From a virus (lineage: Duplodnaviria; Caudoviricetes), in IMG/VR virus record IMGVR_UViG_3300019872_000003, positions 1 through 56,999 of that record: DNA of 56,999 nt; one strand, 5' to 3'. The notes below the pieces were generated by a model. It was given only the letters and a program-made list of their open reading frames with translations, did no database searches and was not told where the DNA came from. Every line of letters begins with the position of its first letter. Positions within the stretch are counted from its first letter, which is position 1. The position numbers and the translations under genes were made by a program. Shown in pieces: positions 44,746 through 55,107 of this stretch.

Positions 44746-45143
44746 GCCGCGCTGCTGTGTACAACATTCTTGCGACCGACGTCACGATGCAGACGTACAT
44801 CCCGGCAGGCGGGTGGTATGCATTCCAGTCGGTCGACACGCCGCCGACCGATCAGTTCGGCATCATCAAGTGGGATGAAGAGCAACCGGGAGTGGTGAGG
44901 ACTCGTGGCATACAGCGTGTCACGCTCTGGGTGTACGACGTGGCAGGCGACTACACCCGCATCGATCAGGCCATCCTTCGTGCGAAGACTCTCCTCACGT
45001 CTGCCGTACACGTCGCTGGTGCAGACGGGCGAACGCTCACGCAGGCTGACTGGCGCGGTGACTCGCAGGATCTCTTCGATGATGCGTGGGAGCGCATCGT
45101 TCGCACGTCTAGCTTCGATATCGTCTCACGACCGAGCCCGTGA
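44742..45143 (+). CDS. Tail terminator (probable)
   Basis: Position; LWVYD...DYTRID. Confidence 0.65.
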   Translation: MSRAAVYNILATDVTMQTYIPAGGWYAFQSVDTPPTDQFGIIKWDEEQPGVVRTRGIQRVTLWVYDVAGDYTRIDQAILRAKTLLTSAVHVAGADGRTLTQADWRGDSQDLFDDAWERIVRTSSFDIVSRPSP

Positions 45144-45188
45144 ACAAGTCAGATACACTACCGACCAGGAACCCCGAAGGAGAAGAAC

Positions 45189-45455
45189 ATGACCACCGCA
45201 AAGCAGAAGACCGAGAAGGTCATCCGGTACGTCGGTGACCAGCACTACCGCGGGTTCAGCGTCGCGGACTTCGAGCAGAACGACATCACGAGCCAGCACA
45301 AGGACGTCATGTTCGACGCGAGCAACGGTCGCACCCTCCTGGTGTCCGACCTCAGCGCCGCGGCACGTGACTTCCTGCTGGAGAACGAGGGCGACGACTT
45401 CGTCCTCGACGAGCGTCCGGTCGTTGACGAGACGGCCGACGAGGTCACAGGCTGA
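45189..45455 (+). CDS. Hypothetical protein
   Basis: AAGGAG RBS, phage-like codon usage. Confidence 0.6.
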   Translation: MTTAKQKTEKVIRYVGDQHYRGFSVADFEQNDITSQHKDVMFDASNGRTLLVSDLSAAARDFLLENEGDDFVLDERPVVDETADEVTG

Positions 45456-45459
45456 GTCT

Positions 45460-45699
45460 GTGGCTACCGACATCCGGTGCGCAAAGAAGAAGCATGCAGT
45501 CCTGAGAGACTCAGGTCTGCTCGAGATCAAGTGTGACTCACGCTTCTGCGGTGCACGTCCGGGTGTGGTCGTACTGCATGTGTTCAGAGTGGACACCGGA
45601 GAGCTCGTGCAGACCGACTACTTCAAGGACCCATTCATGAAGAGAGGTGAACCGAGCGATGCCGCTCAACACAATCCCGCTTCCGTACGGACTCCGTGA
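45460..45699 (+). CDS. Small Zn-ribbon-like protein
   Basis: DIRC..KKH...LEIKC..RFCG....VVVLH.F...TGEL..T..FKDP. Confidence 0.55.
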   Translation: MATDIRCAKKKHAVLRDSGLLEIKCDSRFCGARPGVVVLHVFRVDTGELVQTDYFKDPFMKRGEPSDAAQHNPASVRTP

Positions 45700-46213
45700 C
45701 ATCAAGCTGACCGCCTACACGGATGCGTCGGGAACCACACTGGCCGGCTCGTCGATCGACTTGCCGTACGGTCGCACGATGTCGTTCTCCGAGGCGGAGG
45801 ACTTCGAAGAGCTTCGCGGCGACGACAAGACGATCACCACACGAGGCAAGGGTGCGGCGGTCGACTGGGAGCTCGAGTCCGGGGGAATCTCGTACGAGGC
45901 CGTCGCCATCATGTACGGCGGAACCGTCGGGACCACGGGCACGACTCCCAACCAGGTCAAGACCTTCCAGAAGAAGGTCACTGATGTCCGTCCCTACTTC
46001 AAGATCGAGGGACAGTCCATCTCCGACTCCGGCGGCGACGTCCACTGCATCCTGTACAAGTGCAGGAGCACGGGCGAGCTCTCCGGCGAACTCGGCGACG
46101 GACAGTTCTTCCTCACAGGTGCCTCAGGCACCGCACTGCCGGCCACCCTGGCCGGTAAGACCGACGTGATCTACGAGTTCGTGCAGAACGAGACGACCAC
46201 GGCGACCCCGTAA
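45659..46213 (+). CDS. Major tail protein
   Basis: YGLRDIK, EELRGDD, RPYFKIEGQ; upstream of chaperone and tape measure. Confidence 0.85.
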   Translation: MPLNTIPLPYGLRDIKLTAYTDASGTTLAGSSIDLPYGRTMSFSEAEDFEELRGDDKTITTRGKGAAVDWELESGGISYEAVAIMYGGTVGTTGTTPNQVKTFQKKVTDVRPYFKIEGQSISDSGGDVHCILYKCRSTGELSGELGDGQFFLTGASGTALPATLAGKTDVIYEFVQNETTTATP

Positions 46214-46240
46214 CAACCGCACAGGGAATGGAGCACTAGG

Positions 46241-46843
46241 ATGCCTCCCACCGGAGTACCGCAAGACCGCAAGGCACCTCGTAAGACGAAGGCCAAGACG
46301 CAGCCCGTTCAGCCCGTCGTACCTGGCGAGGACCCCTACTCACCGAAGCAGTGGGGTAGCAGCGCTGGTCCGGGCGTGGAGGATCTCACCTGCCCGTCCG
46401 GCCAGCGTGCGCTCGTTCGCAGGCCAGGCGTTGCCGGCCTCATCGCAGCCGGAGTGCTGCACGACATCGACACTCTCTCGCAGATCGTTGATGAGAAGCA
46501 CGTGAAGCGCGTCGCCGGTCAGCCCGTAGTCGACAAGGACACGCTGGCAGCTGATCCCGATGCACTCGCGAACGTCATGCACGTCGTCGACCGTGTCACC
46601 GCATACGTCGTGCTTCGCCCGCCAGTCAAGATGGCGCCGAACGACCCGACGTCGCGAGAGGACGGCGTGATCTACACGGACATGGTGGACCTCGAGGACC
46701 GCATGTTCATCTTCAACTTCGCGGTGGGTGGCACGCGCGACCTCGAGAAGTTTCGTAGAGAATCCGGCGTGGCTCTGGGAAACGTGGACGACGAGCAAGG
46801 ATCTGTCGTGCAGGCCGAGCCAGCTGCTCAGTCTGCAGGATGA
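46241..46843 (+). CDS. Tail assembly chaperone (G)
   Basis: Between major tail and tape measure genes. Confidence 0.8.
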   Translation: MPPTGVPQDRKAPRKTKAKTQPVQPVVPGEDPYSPKQWGSSAGPGVEDLTCPSGQRALVRRPGVAGLIAAGVLHDIDTLSQIVDEKHVKRVAGQPVVDKDTLAADPDALANVMHVVDRVTAYVVLRPPVKMAPNDPTSREDGVIYTDMVDLEDRMFIFNFAVGGTRDLEKFRRESGVALGNVDDEQGSVVQAEPAAQSAG

Positions 46844-47033
46844 AATAGCCGCATGGTGTCTCGACCGAGCCGTGCGGATGTTCGGGGTTCTCGTAGAGGC
46901 TGACATCTCGTCAGCCGTCGACAACGCGAAGAATCAGAAGGCGGCCAACACCGCAGCCCAGCGGGCCCTGATGAAATGGATACGAGAGCCTGGTGACACC
47001 ACCGGACTCTTCAGGGACCCGATGAGAGGGTGA
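46752..47033 (+). CDS. Tail assembly chaperone frameshift extension (T), +1 frame
   Basis: FVENPAWLWETW...RPSQLLSLQDEIAAWCLDRAV..FG; no RBS-linked start; ends immediately before the tape measure gene. Confidence 0.65.
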   Translation, partial: FVENPAWLWETWTTSKDLSCRPSQLLSLQDEIAAWCLDRAVRMFGVLVEADISSAVDNAKNQKAANTAAQRALMKWIREPGDTTGLFRDPMRG

Positions 47034-47034
47034 C

Positions 47035-50000
47035 ATGGCGGAGTATGATCTCGGCACAGCCCGAGGTGAAGTCGTCATTGGCTCTGACACATCGGGTCTG
47101 GGCGATGCGGAGAAGGCGCTAGGCGGAGTCGAGAAGAAGGCCGGCTCCTCCGGTAAGGCCATCGGCAAGGCAGGCACGATCGCCCTCGTTGCGGGTGGAG
47201 CGATCGCAGCCGGGCTGGGCCTCGCAGTCAAGTCAGCCGCTGACTTCGAGGTCCAGCTCTCCGCCATCAAGGCGGTGTCTGGCAACACCGCAGCCGAGAT
47301 GGAGCTCGTCCGTCAGAAGGCGTTGCAGATCGGCAAGGACACGGCCTTCTCGGCCAGCGACGCTGCTGGTGCGATGGAGGAACTCGCCAAGGCAGGTGTG
47401 GCCACCAAGGACATCCTGAACGGTGCAGCCGATGCGACCGTAGCGTTGGCCGCGGCGGGTGGTGTTGACCTCCCCTTCGCCGCTGGTATCGCCTCGAACG
47501 CGATGAACCAGTTCAGCCTCAAGGCCAAGGACCTTGTCGGTGTCGCCGACACGATCGCTGGTGCGGCCAACGCCTCCGCGATCGACGTGAAGGAGTTCGG
47601 CTACTCGCTCAGTCAGGTCGGCGCCGTTGCGAACCTCGCTGGCCTGTCGTTCGCTGACACGGCGGTTGCGATCGCCGAGCTCGGGAACGCCGGCATCAAG
47701 GGCAGCGATGCTGGTACATCGCTCAAGTCCTTCCTCAGCAACCTGCAGCCCACGACGAAGAAGACGTCGAACCTGATGAAGGAACTCGGCATCGTCACGA
47801 AGGATGGGACGAACCGTTTCTACGACCAGGCTGGTCGACTCAAGTCGCTCGACCGTGTGCAGCAGATCCTGCAGAACTCCCTCAAGGGAATGACGAAGCA
47901 GCAGAAGCAGGCGACACTGCGAACGCTCTTCGGTTCTGACGCGATCCGAGCCGCTGCCATCCTTGCTAAGAACGGGGCGAAGGGCTACGACTCCCTCAAT
48001 AAGGCGATCAAGAAGACGTCGGCCGCTGACGTTGCGAAGACCCGCATGGACAACTTCGCTGGATCGCTCGAGCAGCTCAAGGGCTCGGTCGAGACGCTTG
48101 GGATTCAGCTCGGCACCGTGCTACTTCCCGCAGTGCGCCAGGTGGTGGACTTCGTTGCATCGGGTGTGAACGCCTTCATCGGTCTGAGTGATGGGATGAA
48201 GAAGGGCATCGTGATCGCAGCGTCGATCGCAGCCGGACTTCTGCTGATCGTCGGTGGTGCGCTCAAGCTCGTGCAGGGCATCATCGCCGTCAACGCTGCG
48301 TTCACCTTCCTCGCTGCGAACCCCGTGGTCGCCATCATCATCGGTGTGACACTGGCTGTCGTCGCGCTCGTGGCCGGCCTCATCTACGCCTACAAGAACT
48401 TCACGACCTTCCGTATGATCGTCGATACGGCCATCAAGGGCGTCGTCACAGCGTTCAACTGGCTGCTGGCGCAAGCGAAGATCGTGTGGCCGTACATCCA
48501 GGCTGCCATCGCTGCATTCGTGCAGTGGTTCATGACGACTGCGTGGCCGATCATCAAGACGGTGATCGGCTACATCATCGGCTACTACACGACGCTGTGG
48601 AACATCGCCAAGGTGGTGTTCGCCGGGATCCTTGCAGCGGTGCAAACCTTCATCACGTGGTTCATGGGTAGCGCGCTGCCTGTTATCAAGACTGTCGTAG
48701 GCTACATCGTTGGATTCTTCCAGACTCTGTTCCGCATCGCTCGCATCATCTTCGTCGGTGTCTCGAAGGTCGTGGCCATCTGGTTCAACGATCTGAAGAC
48801 GAAGTTCAACCTGGTCAAGGGTGTCGTCACAGCGGTCATCGGATTCTTCGGTAAGCTCATCGGTGGCGTGAAGGAGAAGATCCAGCCTGTCATCGACTTC
48901 GTAGGCGGGATCGGTGGGAAGATCCTCACCGCGATCGGTGACCTTGGCTCGCTGCTGATCGAGACGGGCAAGCAGGTCATTGCAGGTCTCGTCAGCGGCA
49001 TCACCGGTGCAGTCGGCGACCTGCTCTCGACGGTCGGGTCGATCGGACAGAGTGTGCTGGGCGCGTTTGAAGGTGCATTCGACATCGGGTCGCCCTCGAA
49101 GAAGGCCAAGAAGATCGGCCTCTTCGTCATGGAGGGTCTCTCCATCGGACTCAAGTCCGGCGGAAAGCTGGCGGAGACTGAAGTCGCTCACATTGCCAAC
49201 CAGATCGCCGCGATGTTCAAGGGCAAGAAGACGCAGGCCGCCGTGAAGAAGGCCGTCGTCGGCATCATTGATAGCGCATCCGTTGCGCTCAACAAGCAGC
49301 AGCTCAAACTCACGGGACTGCAGGCGTCGCTGAAGACGGCGAAGTCACAGCTGCTTGATGCGCAGAAGGCGCAGCAAGACTACGCCAAGTCAGTCGCTGA
49401 TGGTGTGCGCGCCGCTGGCTCGTTCGTGAACCTGTGGAATGCACAAGCACAGGGTGGCAACGTACCGACCGTCGCAGCGTTCAAGGCTCAGCTCGACCAG
49501 ATGACCGCAGATGCAACCGCCTTCCTCGACAACGTGACGAAGCTGAAAAGTCGAGGCGTGAACGGCGATCTGCTGCAGCAGCTCGTTGAGCAGGGGTATG
49601 GCGATGCAGGCCAGGTCGCTGCGATGCTGGCGAACTCGACTGACGAGGAGCTGAAGGGCATCCTCGCTTCGCAGGCGAAGCTCGACACCATCGCGAAGAA
49701 GACCGGCTCGTTCGCAGCGAAGAGCTTCATGAGTGTCGGGGTCGCCACTGCGCAAGGGATCGTGGATGGTCTCGACAGCCAGGTGAAGGCGATGGAGAAG
49801 TCCATCGCGAACCTCGTGAAGAAGCTCGTCGCCGCTGTGAAGAAGGAGCTGAAGATCAAGTCTCCGAGCAAGGTGACGGCCTACCTCGGCAAGATGACGG
49901 GGGTCGGCTTCATCGAGGGCATCGAGGACCAGCTTGGTCGACTGAAGAAGGTCGCCGCGATGACGGCTGACGCCTCGCTGAGCCCGCTCGAGTCGCGTTC

Positions 50001-50166
50001 CGCTACGGCTGGCCGGTCTGGATCGTTTATCGCACCAGCGACGACGACAGGTACTGAGCCACGGCAGCTGCACGTGGAGGTCAACACGTACAACCCGGTG
50101 GCTGAAGCAACGTCGATCACCGTGAAGAACCAGATGACCCGTCTCTCTGCCCTCGGAGTTGTGTGA
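47035..50166 (+). CDS. Tape measure protein (TP901-type core)
   Basis: AADFE..LS.IKAVSG, GIKGSDAGTSLK, LFGSDA, amphipathic repeats, IKSPSK. Confidence 0.93.
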   Translation: MAEYDLGTARGEVVIGSDTSGLGDAEKALGGVEKKAGSSGKAIGKAGTIALVAGGAIAAGLGLAVKSAADFEVQLSAIKAVSGNTAAEMELVRQKALQIGKDTAFSASDAAGAMEELAKAGVATKDILNGAADATVALAAAGGVDLPFAAGIASNAMNQFSLKAKDLVGVADTIAGAANASAIDVKEFGYSLSQVGAVANLAGLSFADTAVAIAELGNAGIKGSDAGTSLKSFLSNLQPTTKKTSNLMKELGIVTKDGTNRFYDQAGRLKSLDRVQQILQNSLKGMTKQQKQATLRTLFGSDAIRAAAILAKNGAKGYDSLNKAIKKTSAADVAKTRMDNFAGSLEQLKGSVETLGIQLGTVLLPAVRQVVDFVASGVNAFIGLSDGMKKGIVIAASIAAGLLLIVGGALKLVQGIIAVNAAFTFLAANPVVAIIIGVTLAVVALVAGLIYAYKNFTTFRMIVDTAIKGVVTAFNWLLAQAKIVWPYIQAAIAAFVQWFMTTAWPIIKTVIGYIIGYYTTLWNIAKVVFAGILAAVQTFITWFMGSALPVIKTVVGYIVGFFQTLFRIARIIFVGVSKVVAIWFNDLKTKFNLVKGVVTAVIGFFGKLIGGVKEKIQPVIDFVGGIGGKILTAIGDLGSLLIETGKQVIAGLVSGITGAVGDLLSTVGSIGQSVLGAFEGAFDIGSPSKKAKKIGLFVMEGLSIGLKSGGKLAETEVAHIANQIAAMFKGKKTQAAVKKAVVGIIDSASVALNKQQLKLTGLQASLKTAKSQLLDAQKAQQDYAKSVADGVRAAGSFVNLWNAQAQGGNVPTVAAFKAQLDQMTADATAFLDNVTKLKSRGVNGDLLQQLVEQGYGDAGQVAAMLANSTDEELKGILASQAKLDTIAKKTGSFAAKSFMSVGVATAQGIVDGLDSQVKAMEKSIANLVKKLVAAVKKELKIKSPSKVTAYLGKMTGVGFIEGIEDQLGRLKKVAAMTADASLSPLESRSATAGRSGSFIAPATTTGTEPRQLHVEVNTYNPVAEATSITVKNQMTRLSALGVV

Positions 50167-51056
50167 TGACGACCACCAGTGCAATCCCGATCACCGTCGA
50201 TGGTGTCCGACTGGACACCTACGCGTGGAACATCGAGACGAAGAACGGTCGGTTCTACGTTCCCGGTGTTCGAGGATCCAACGCTCAGGTGCCTGGGCGA
50301 CACGGATCGCTCTTCGTTCCCAGCAAGAAGTTCGACGACGGTCGCTTCATCCTCAGCATGTGGGCGCAGGGAACCGACGTCAACGGCGCTGCTCCTGGGT
50401 CGGGTACAGAGTACAACCAGTTCCGCAAGAACATGGACCAGCTGATGTCGCTCTTCACCAAGCGACCATTCTTGATGGATGTGCAGAAGGACGACGGCAG
50501 TGGCACGATGCGGCAGGCGTTCTGTGAAGTCATCCAGGCGATCGACCCTGACGTGTTCGGCGTCAACCCGACGGGGAAGTTCACGGTCGAGCTGGACATC
50601 CCCGGCGTGTTCTGGCAGGACACCGCGGACCAGAACTACTCGAGCCTCACGGGCGTCACCACATCGTTCTCCTTCTCGCTGGCAGCCTTTGCTGGTGCTA
50701 CCGCTCCGATGGAGGATCTCTACCTCGTGGTGGATGGGCCCATCGCAAACCCGCGCATCATCGATGCTGCCACAGGCCACTACATCCAGTACAACGGCAC
50801 GGTTGCTGGTGGCAACCAGTGGGTGGTGAACACCACGCTGTGGACGAGCAAGGTAGGCGCCGGCATCGCATTCACGCAGTCCGGGACGGACGTCACCAAC
50901 CTCACGGTGTTCACCGGTGCGCACGCTCCGCGGTACCTCGCTCTTACACCCAAGAACGGCGACCTCACGACGGCGCCGACGATGCAGTTGACGAACACGG
51001 GTAGCAGCTCAGGTGCTACCCAGATGCGTGTTCGCGGACGGAGGAAGTTCTTGTGA
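50163..51056 (+). CDS. Distal tail protein (Dit-like)
   Basis: Follows TMP; RGSNAQVPGRHG, VVDGPIANPRI. Confidence 0.75.
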   Translation: MMTTTSAIPITVDGVRLDTYAWNIETKNGRFYVPGVRGSNAQVPGRHGSLFVPSKKFDDGRFILSMWAQGTDVNGAAPGSGTEYNQFRKNMDQLMSLFTKRPFLMDVQKDDGSGTMRQAFCEVIQAIDPDVFGVNPTGKFTVELDIPGVFWQDTADQNYSSLTGVTTSFSFSLAAFAGATAPMEDLYLVVDGPIANPRIIDAATGHYIQYNGTVAGGNQWVVNTTLWTSKVGAGIAFTQSGTDVTNLTVFTGAHAPRYLALTPKNGDLTTAPTMQLTNTGSSSGATQMRVRGRRKFL

Positions 51057-54000
51057 GTCGCTTCGGTCTTCGTGGCATCGACGGGTCGGGACAGTTCGAA
51101 CTTCCCGACTGGGCGGGTGCCACCGCGAGCTTCGAGTTCAGCGACGTTGGTGGCATCGTCATCGACTACCCGAAGGTGGGGATCAACGCCGGGCGGGTAG
51201 TCGACAACATCCAGGTCTTCCTGACGCTCGATGGCGTCGAGGTCGACAACTCCCGATGCCTCGTGCAGGGTCTTGCAGGCAACGACGCTGAGGAAGGTGC
51301 GACCAACCTCAGCGTGTCGGCCCGATCGCTGCTCGCTGTGTTCGATGGTGCTAAGACGTTGGGTCCGACACCGACCGCACCGACGCCTGTCGCCTTCGTT
51401 GCGAAGAGCCCGGGCGAGATCATCCGTTCGTTGCTGACGCAAGCACAGGCGCGAGGTACGGCGACCGGTATCACGTTTGCTTCGTTCTCGAACACGACGG
51501 ACTCGAGCGGCACCACGTGGCCGACGACGCTCACGCAGACGTGGGACGTTGGTGTATCGCTGCTGGATGTCATCAAGGACATGGTGGCGCGCCGCTTCAT
51601 CGACGTGCGCTTCGTAGGTGCCGACTTCCGCGTGTACATCGTCGACACCATCGCATCCGACCTGTCTGCTCTCTCCACTCCCGTGCACCTGCGTGCTGGA
51701 CTCGACTTCACCGAGGCTCCGTACCAGCGCACGACAGACACGTACGCATCAGACGTCATCGCGCAAGGCGACAACGGCAGTGTGGTGCGGGTGCAACGAT
51801 CCAGCGCCAACCCGTTCGGCCGGGTGGAGACGATGGTGTCGCAGAGCGGCACAGCAGACACGGGCCTGCTCACCATCGTGGCGAACGCTGAACTCGACGC
51901 GCGCAACCGCACGCGGGTCGACAAGACGCACGGTCTCATCTTCACTGCAGAGACGCAGTGGTTCCCCGTCATCTCCTACAAGGTGGGTGACTGGATCTTC
52001 CGTAGCGTCGGTGACGGCAACGTCCCGGAACGGCTGCGCATCAGGTCGATGAGCGTGGTGCTCGACTCGGGTGGCATCGTCACTGCCTCCATCACGCTGA
52101 ACGATAAGTTCGTAGAGGCAGACATCCGTGCTGCCGCCAAGATCTCCGCTCTCATGGGCGGGTCCAACACCACGAACCCGAACGGTCCCGGATCGTACAT
52201 CGACGTCACGGTACCCAACGCACCGACGATCGCTGGCATCGCCTCGGGCAACTACACGCAGTACGACGGAACGCCTGCAGCTGTCGTCACCGCGACGTTG
52301 ACGACACCATCCACCAACACCGATGGCACACCGTGCACCGATGTGCAGTGGTACGTGGTGCGCTGGCGGTACCAGGATGCGCTCGTCCCGCCGAACCCTG
52401 GTGCATGGAACTACGTCACTGGCGAGACCGACCCTGTCGTCACTTTCAGCGGCGTAAGGAACGGCGTCACGATTGCCGTACAAGGCGGCGTGATCGACTC
52501 GTCTAACCACGTCTCAGCATGGTCCGCCAGCACCACGCACTCGGTGGCGATCGACACCACACCACCGAACCAGCCCAGCACGCCGGGCGTGTCGACGCGC
52601 AAGGGCGTCCTCATCATCACGTGGGACGGCAAGGACTCGGCGGCCGCTGCGTACGGGATCAACCTTGGGCGTGTCGACGTGCACGTGTCGACCACGACCG
52701 GCTTCACGCCGAGTGCGGCGACGCTTCGAGGATCGTTCCCCAACGGCGCAGACACGCTCGTTCTCGATGACCTGCCGTACGGTACGACGCAGTTCGTTCG
52801 CTTCGTCGCCTACTCCAAGAATGGGTACGCATCGACGGTCAGCGTGCAGGCAAGCGCCACACCGAACTTCATCGTCACAGCGGATGTCGCCTTCAAGGAT
52901 GACGGTAACCTGCTGCAGGACGGATCCTTCGAGTCACAGGCCGTTCGCGCATCGCTCGTGCTGCCCGCCTCTGTGACGTACGACTCAACCGTCGCTTGGA
53001 AGATTCACGGCGACTACTCGCTGCTGTGGGGCACGCTGACCGGCACGCGCACGATGACGCTCGAGAAGAACATCATCGCCAAGGCTGGGTCGAAGTTCTG
53101 GTGCCGGTGCATGTGCTTCAGATCGACGGGCTACACAGCGACATCCATCAAGATCATCGCTCGATGCACGCTGCAGAACGGTACATTCTCCGATGCTGTG
53201 CTGCTCGACATTGGCGCACGAAGCGCCATCGGAACGGTGCCGTCGTGGGGCGAGCTGCAGACGCCGGTCGACGGTGCAGGCAACTGGACACCGACGGTGC
53301 TGCCGGCGAACACAGTGAAGTTCGACATCGTCATCGAGTCGGTAGGCAACACGGCCGGTCAGTGCTTCATCGACCAGATCGAGATTCGGCAGATCACGAG
53401 TACTGCACTCATCGAGGACGCAGCGATCACCAATGCTAAGATCGTGTCGCTCACTGGTGCCAAGATCGACGCTGGCTCAATCACAACAGAGAAGCTCCGC
53501 GTCGGGTCAACGAACAACAACATGATGGGACCCATCCACAACCCGTCATTCGACGGCGGTGGCACTGGACTGACGGATGGTGGCCCTGGCGACCGAGGTG
53601 ACGCCTTCGGCAACCGTGACGTATCCATCGTTCCCGACATCGGATGGACATTCGACGGTGGCAGCGGTTTCGCTCAGCTCAAGTGCGGGCAAGCTGGCGG
53701 CGCAACGAATGGTGTCGGTCGCTCACTGTACATTCGCAATCAGGCGGGCAACGCTGCGTCGAGCGCGACGTGTACGGCCTTCATGCCTTGTGTCGCCGGT
53801 GTGTCGTACACTTTCGGTTGTCACGCGTTGCAGTTCAACGGCACAAACGGTAAGACTTACTTCCGCCTTGCCTTCTACAACGCATCTTTCACGGTAACCG
53901 GATACGCGGACTGTGCTGGACTCTTTGGTGCGTCTGGTCCTGTGTTCTTGGAGTGTGCTGCAGTTTCTGCTACAGCACCAGCTACTTCAGTGATGATGCG

Positions 54001-54940
54001 AGTTCAGTGCTTCGTCCTCGGCGCAGCCAACGGCGGAAGCGCAGGCATGTCCGACTTCCTCTTCACGGGCATGTTCGTGCAAGAGACCGGCATCGGCACA
54101 ATCGACATCCAGCCTGGCGGCATCAAGATGTTCAACGCCTCGGGCACCAAGACGATCGACCTGAACGGCATCTCTGGACTCATCCGAGGTGTGACCATCC
54201 TAGGTAGCGTCCTTCAGAGCGACAGCGGTGGCGGTCTGGTCACGACCATTCAGAACGGATCCATCGTGGTCGATGCGATCGCAGCTGGAGCGATGCGAAC
54301 CATTATCGATGCGGCGGGTTGGTACTTCCAAGACTCAGGAGGCTACTCTCGAGGCGCTGGATTCCCAACGAGCAACCAGATGTGGATCACGTCTCCCGCC
54401 CTCGCAGCAACTCCATTCTCTTCGAAGATCATCATGACGCCGGGAACCTCTGCTGGTGCTGCGACGATCCAGCTGTTTGGCTCGGTCGATACCCCGTACG
54501 ACATGACTGTGACGGGCAACACCTATCTCACAGGTGCGTATGGGCTGACTACGGCTCTGGCGGCGAACATGTACTTCGCTTCACCCGGGAGAGTCTTTCG
54601 CTCGACCTCGTCCAGGAAGTACAAGAAGAACATCACCGATCTTCTTCTCGACACCGATACAGTCTTGAAGATTCGTCCGGTGCGATTCCAGTCAAAGGAA
54701 GAGATCGAAGGGGTCGACTCGAGTCTGTGGCATATCGGCTTCATCGCCGAGGAGATACACGACCTCGGCCTCAAGGAGTTCGTGCACTACGACTCTGATG
54801 GCAACCCCGAAGGTCTGCAGTATGAGCGGTTCACTGCAGCGCTCTTGCTCGTCGCCCGTGAACAAGAGGCTAGGATACAGGTACTAGAGAATCTGCTGGA
54901 CGTCATGGATCCCGAGGAGGACGACGAAGATGCAAGTTAG
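51053..54940 (+). CDS. Tail tip/central fibre protein: Tal-like N-terminus, FN3/CBM-like domains, C-terminal intramolecular chaperone (S74-like)
   Basis: DTTPPNQP FN3-like, NLLQDGSFES and NPSFD CBM-like starts, AKIVSL..AKI, TSSRKYKKNI...IRPVRF...GFIAEE. Confidence 0.8.
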   Translation: MSRFGLRGIDGSGQFELPDWAGATASFEFSDVGGIVIDYPKVGINAGRVVDNIQVFLTLDGVEVDNSRCLVQGLAGNDAEEGATNLSVSARSLLAVFDGAKTLGPTPTAPTPVAFVAKSPGEIIRSLLTQAQARGTATGITFASFSNTTDSSGTTWPTTLTQTWDVGVSLLDVIKDMVARRFIDVRFVGADFRVYIVDTIASDLSALSTPVHLRAGLDFTEAPYQRTTDTYASDVIAQGDNGSVVRVQRSSANPFGRVETMVSQSGTADTGLLTIVANAELDARNRTRVDKTHGLIFTAETQWFPVISYKVGDWIFRSVGDGNVPERLRIRSMSVVLDSGGIVTASITLNDKFVEADIRAAAKISALMGGSNTTNPNGPGSYIDVTVPNAPTIAGIASGNYTQYDGTPAAVVTATLTTPSTNTDGTPCTDVQWYVVRWRYQDALVPPNPGAWNYVTGETDPVVTFSGVRNGVTIAVQGGVIDSSNHVSAWSASTTHSVAIDTTPPNQPSTPGVSTRKGVLIITWDGKDSAAAAYGINLGRVDVHVSTTTGFTPSAATLRGSFPNGADTLVLDDLPYGTTQFVRFVAYSKNGYASTVSVQASATPNFIVTADVAFKDDGNLLQDGSFESQAVRASLVLPASVTYDSTVAWKIHGDYSLLWGTLTGTRTMTLEKNIIAKAGSKFWCRCMCFRSTGYTATSIKIIARCTLQNGTFSDAVLLDIGARSAIGTVPSWGELQTPVDGAGNWTPTVLPANTVKFDIVIESVGNTAGQCFIDQIEIRQITSTALIEDAAITNAKIVSLTGAKIDAGSITTEKLRVGSTNNNMMGPIHNPSFDGGGTGLTDGGPGDRGDAFGNRDVSIVPDIGWTFDGGSGFAQLKCGQAGGATNGVGRSLYIRNQAGNAASSATCTAFMPCVAGVSYTFGCHALQFNGTNGKTYFRLAFYNASFTVTGYADCAGLFGASGPVFLECAAVSATAPATSVMMRVQCFVLGAANGGSAGMSDFLFTGMFVQETGIGTIDIQPGGIKMFNASGTKTIDLNGISGLIRGVTILGSVLQSDSGGGLVTTIQNGSIVVDAIAAGAMRTIIDAAGWYFQDSGGYSRGAGFPTSNQMWITSPALAATPFSSKIIMTPGTSAGAATIQLFGSVDTPYDMTVTGNTYLTGAYGLTTALAANMYFASPGRVFRSTSSRKYKKNITDLLLDTDTVLKIRPVRFQSKEEIEGVDSSLWHIGFIAEEIHDLGLKEFVHYDSDGNPEGLQYERFTAALLLVAREQEARIQVLENLLDVMDPEEDDEDAS

Positions 54941-55082
54941 TGCAGAGGACGTTATCGCCAAGCTGAACGGATACATCGGGCAACTGGTGTACGAGAAGGC
55001 GCTACAAGAAACTCGAGCGGATTCGCTCGAGACCGAGCTGACGGAGGCGCGAGCTGAGCTCGCGAAGCTCACGACGAGCTAA
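54930..55082 (+). CDS. 50-aa coiled-coil protein (not in the ORF track)
   Basis: GAGGAGG RBS; MQVSAEDVIAKLNGYIGQLVYEKAL... Confidence 0.55.
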   Translation: MQVSAEDVIAKLNGYIGQLVYEKALQETRADSLETELTEARAELAKLTTS

Positions 55083-55107
55083 GGACCTACCGTGTGAGGC
55101 GAAGGGT

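Noticed and set aside
46777-46783. GGGAAAC as the canonical -1 tail-chaperone slippery site
   Set aside because: The -1 frame stops at ~46846 and does not reach the T ORF, which is in the +1 frame.
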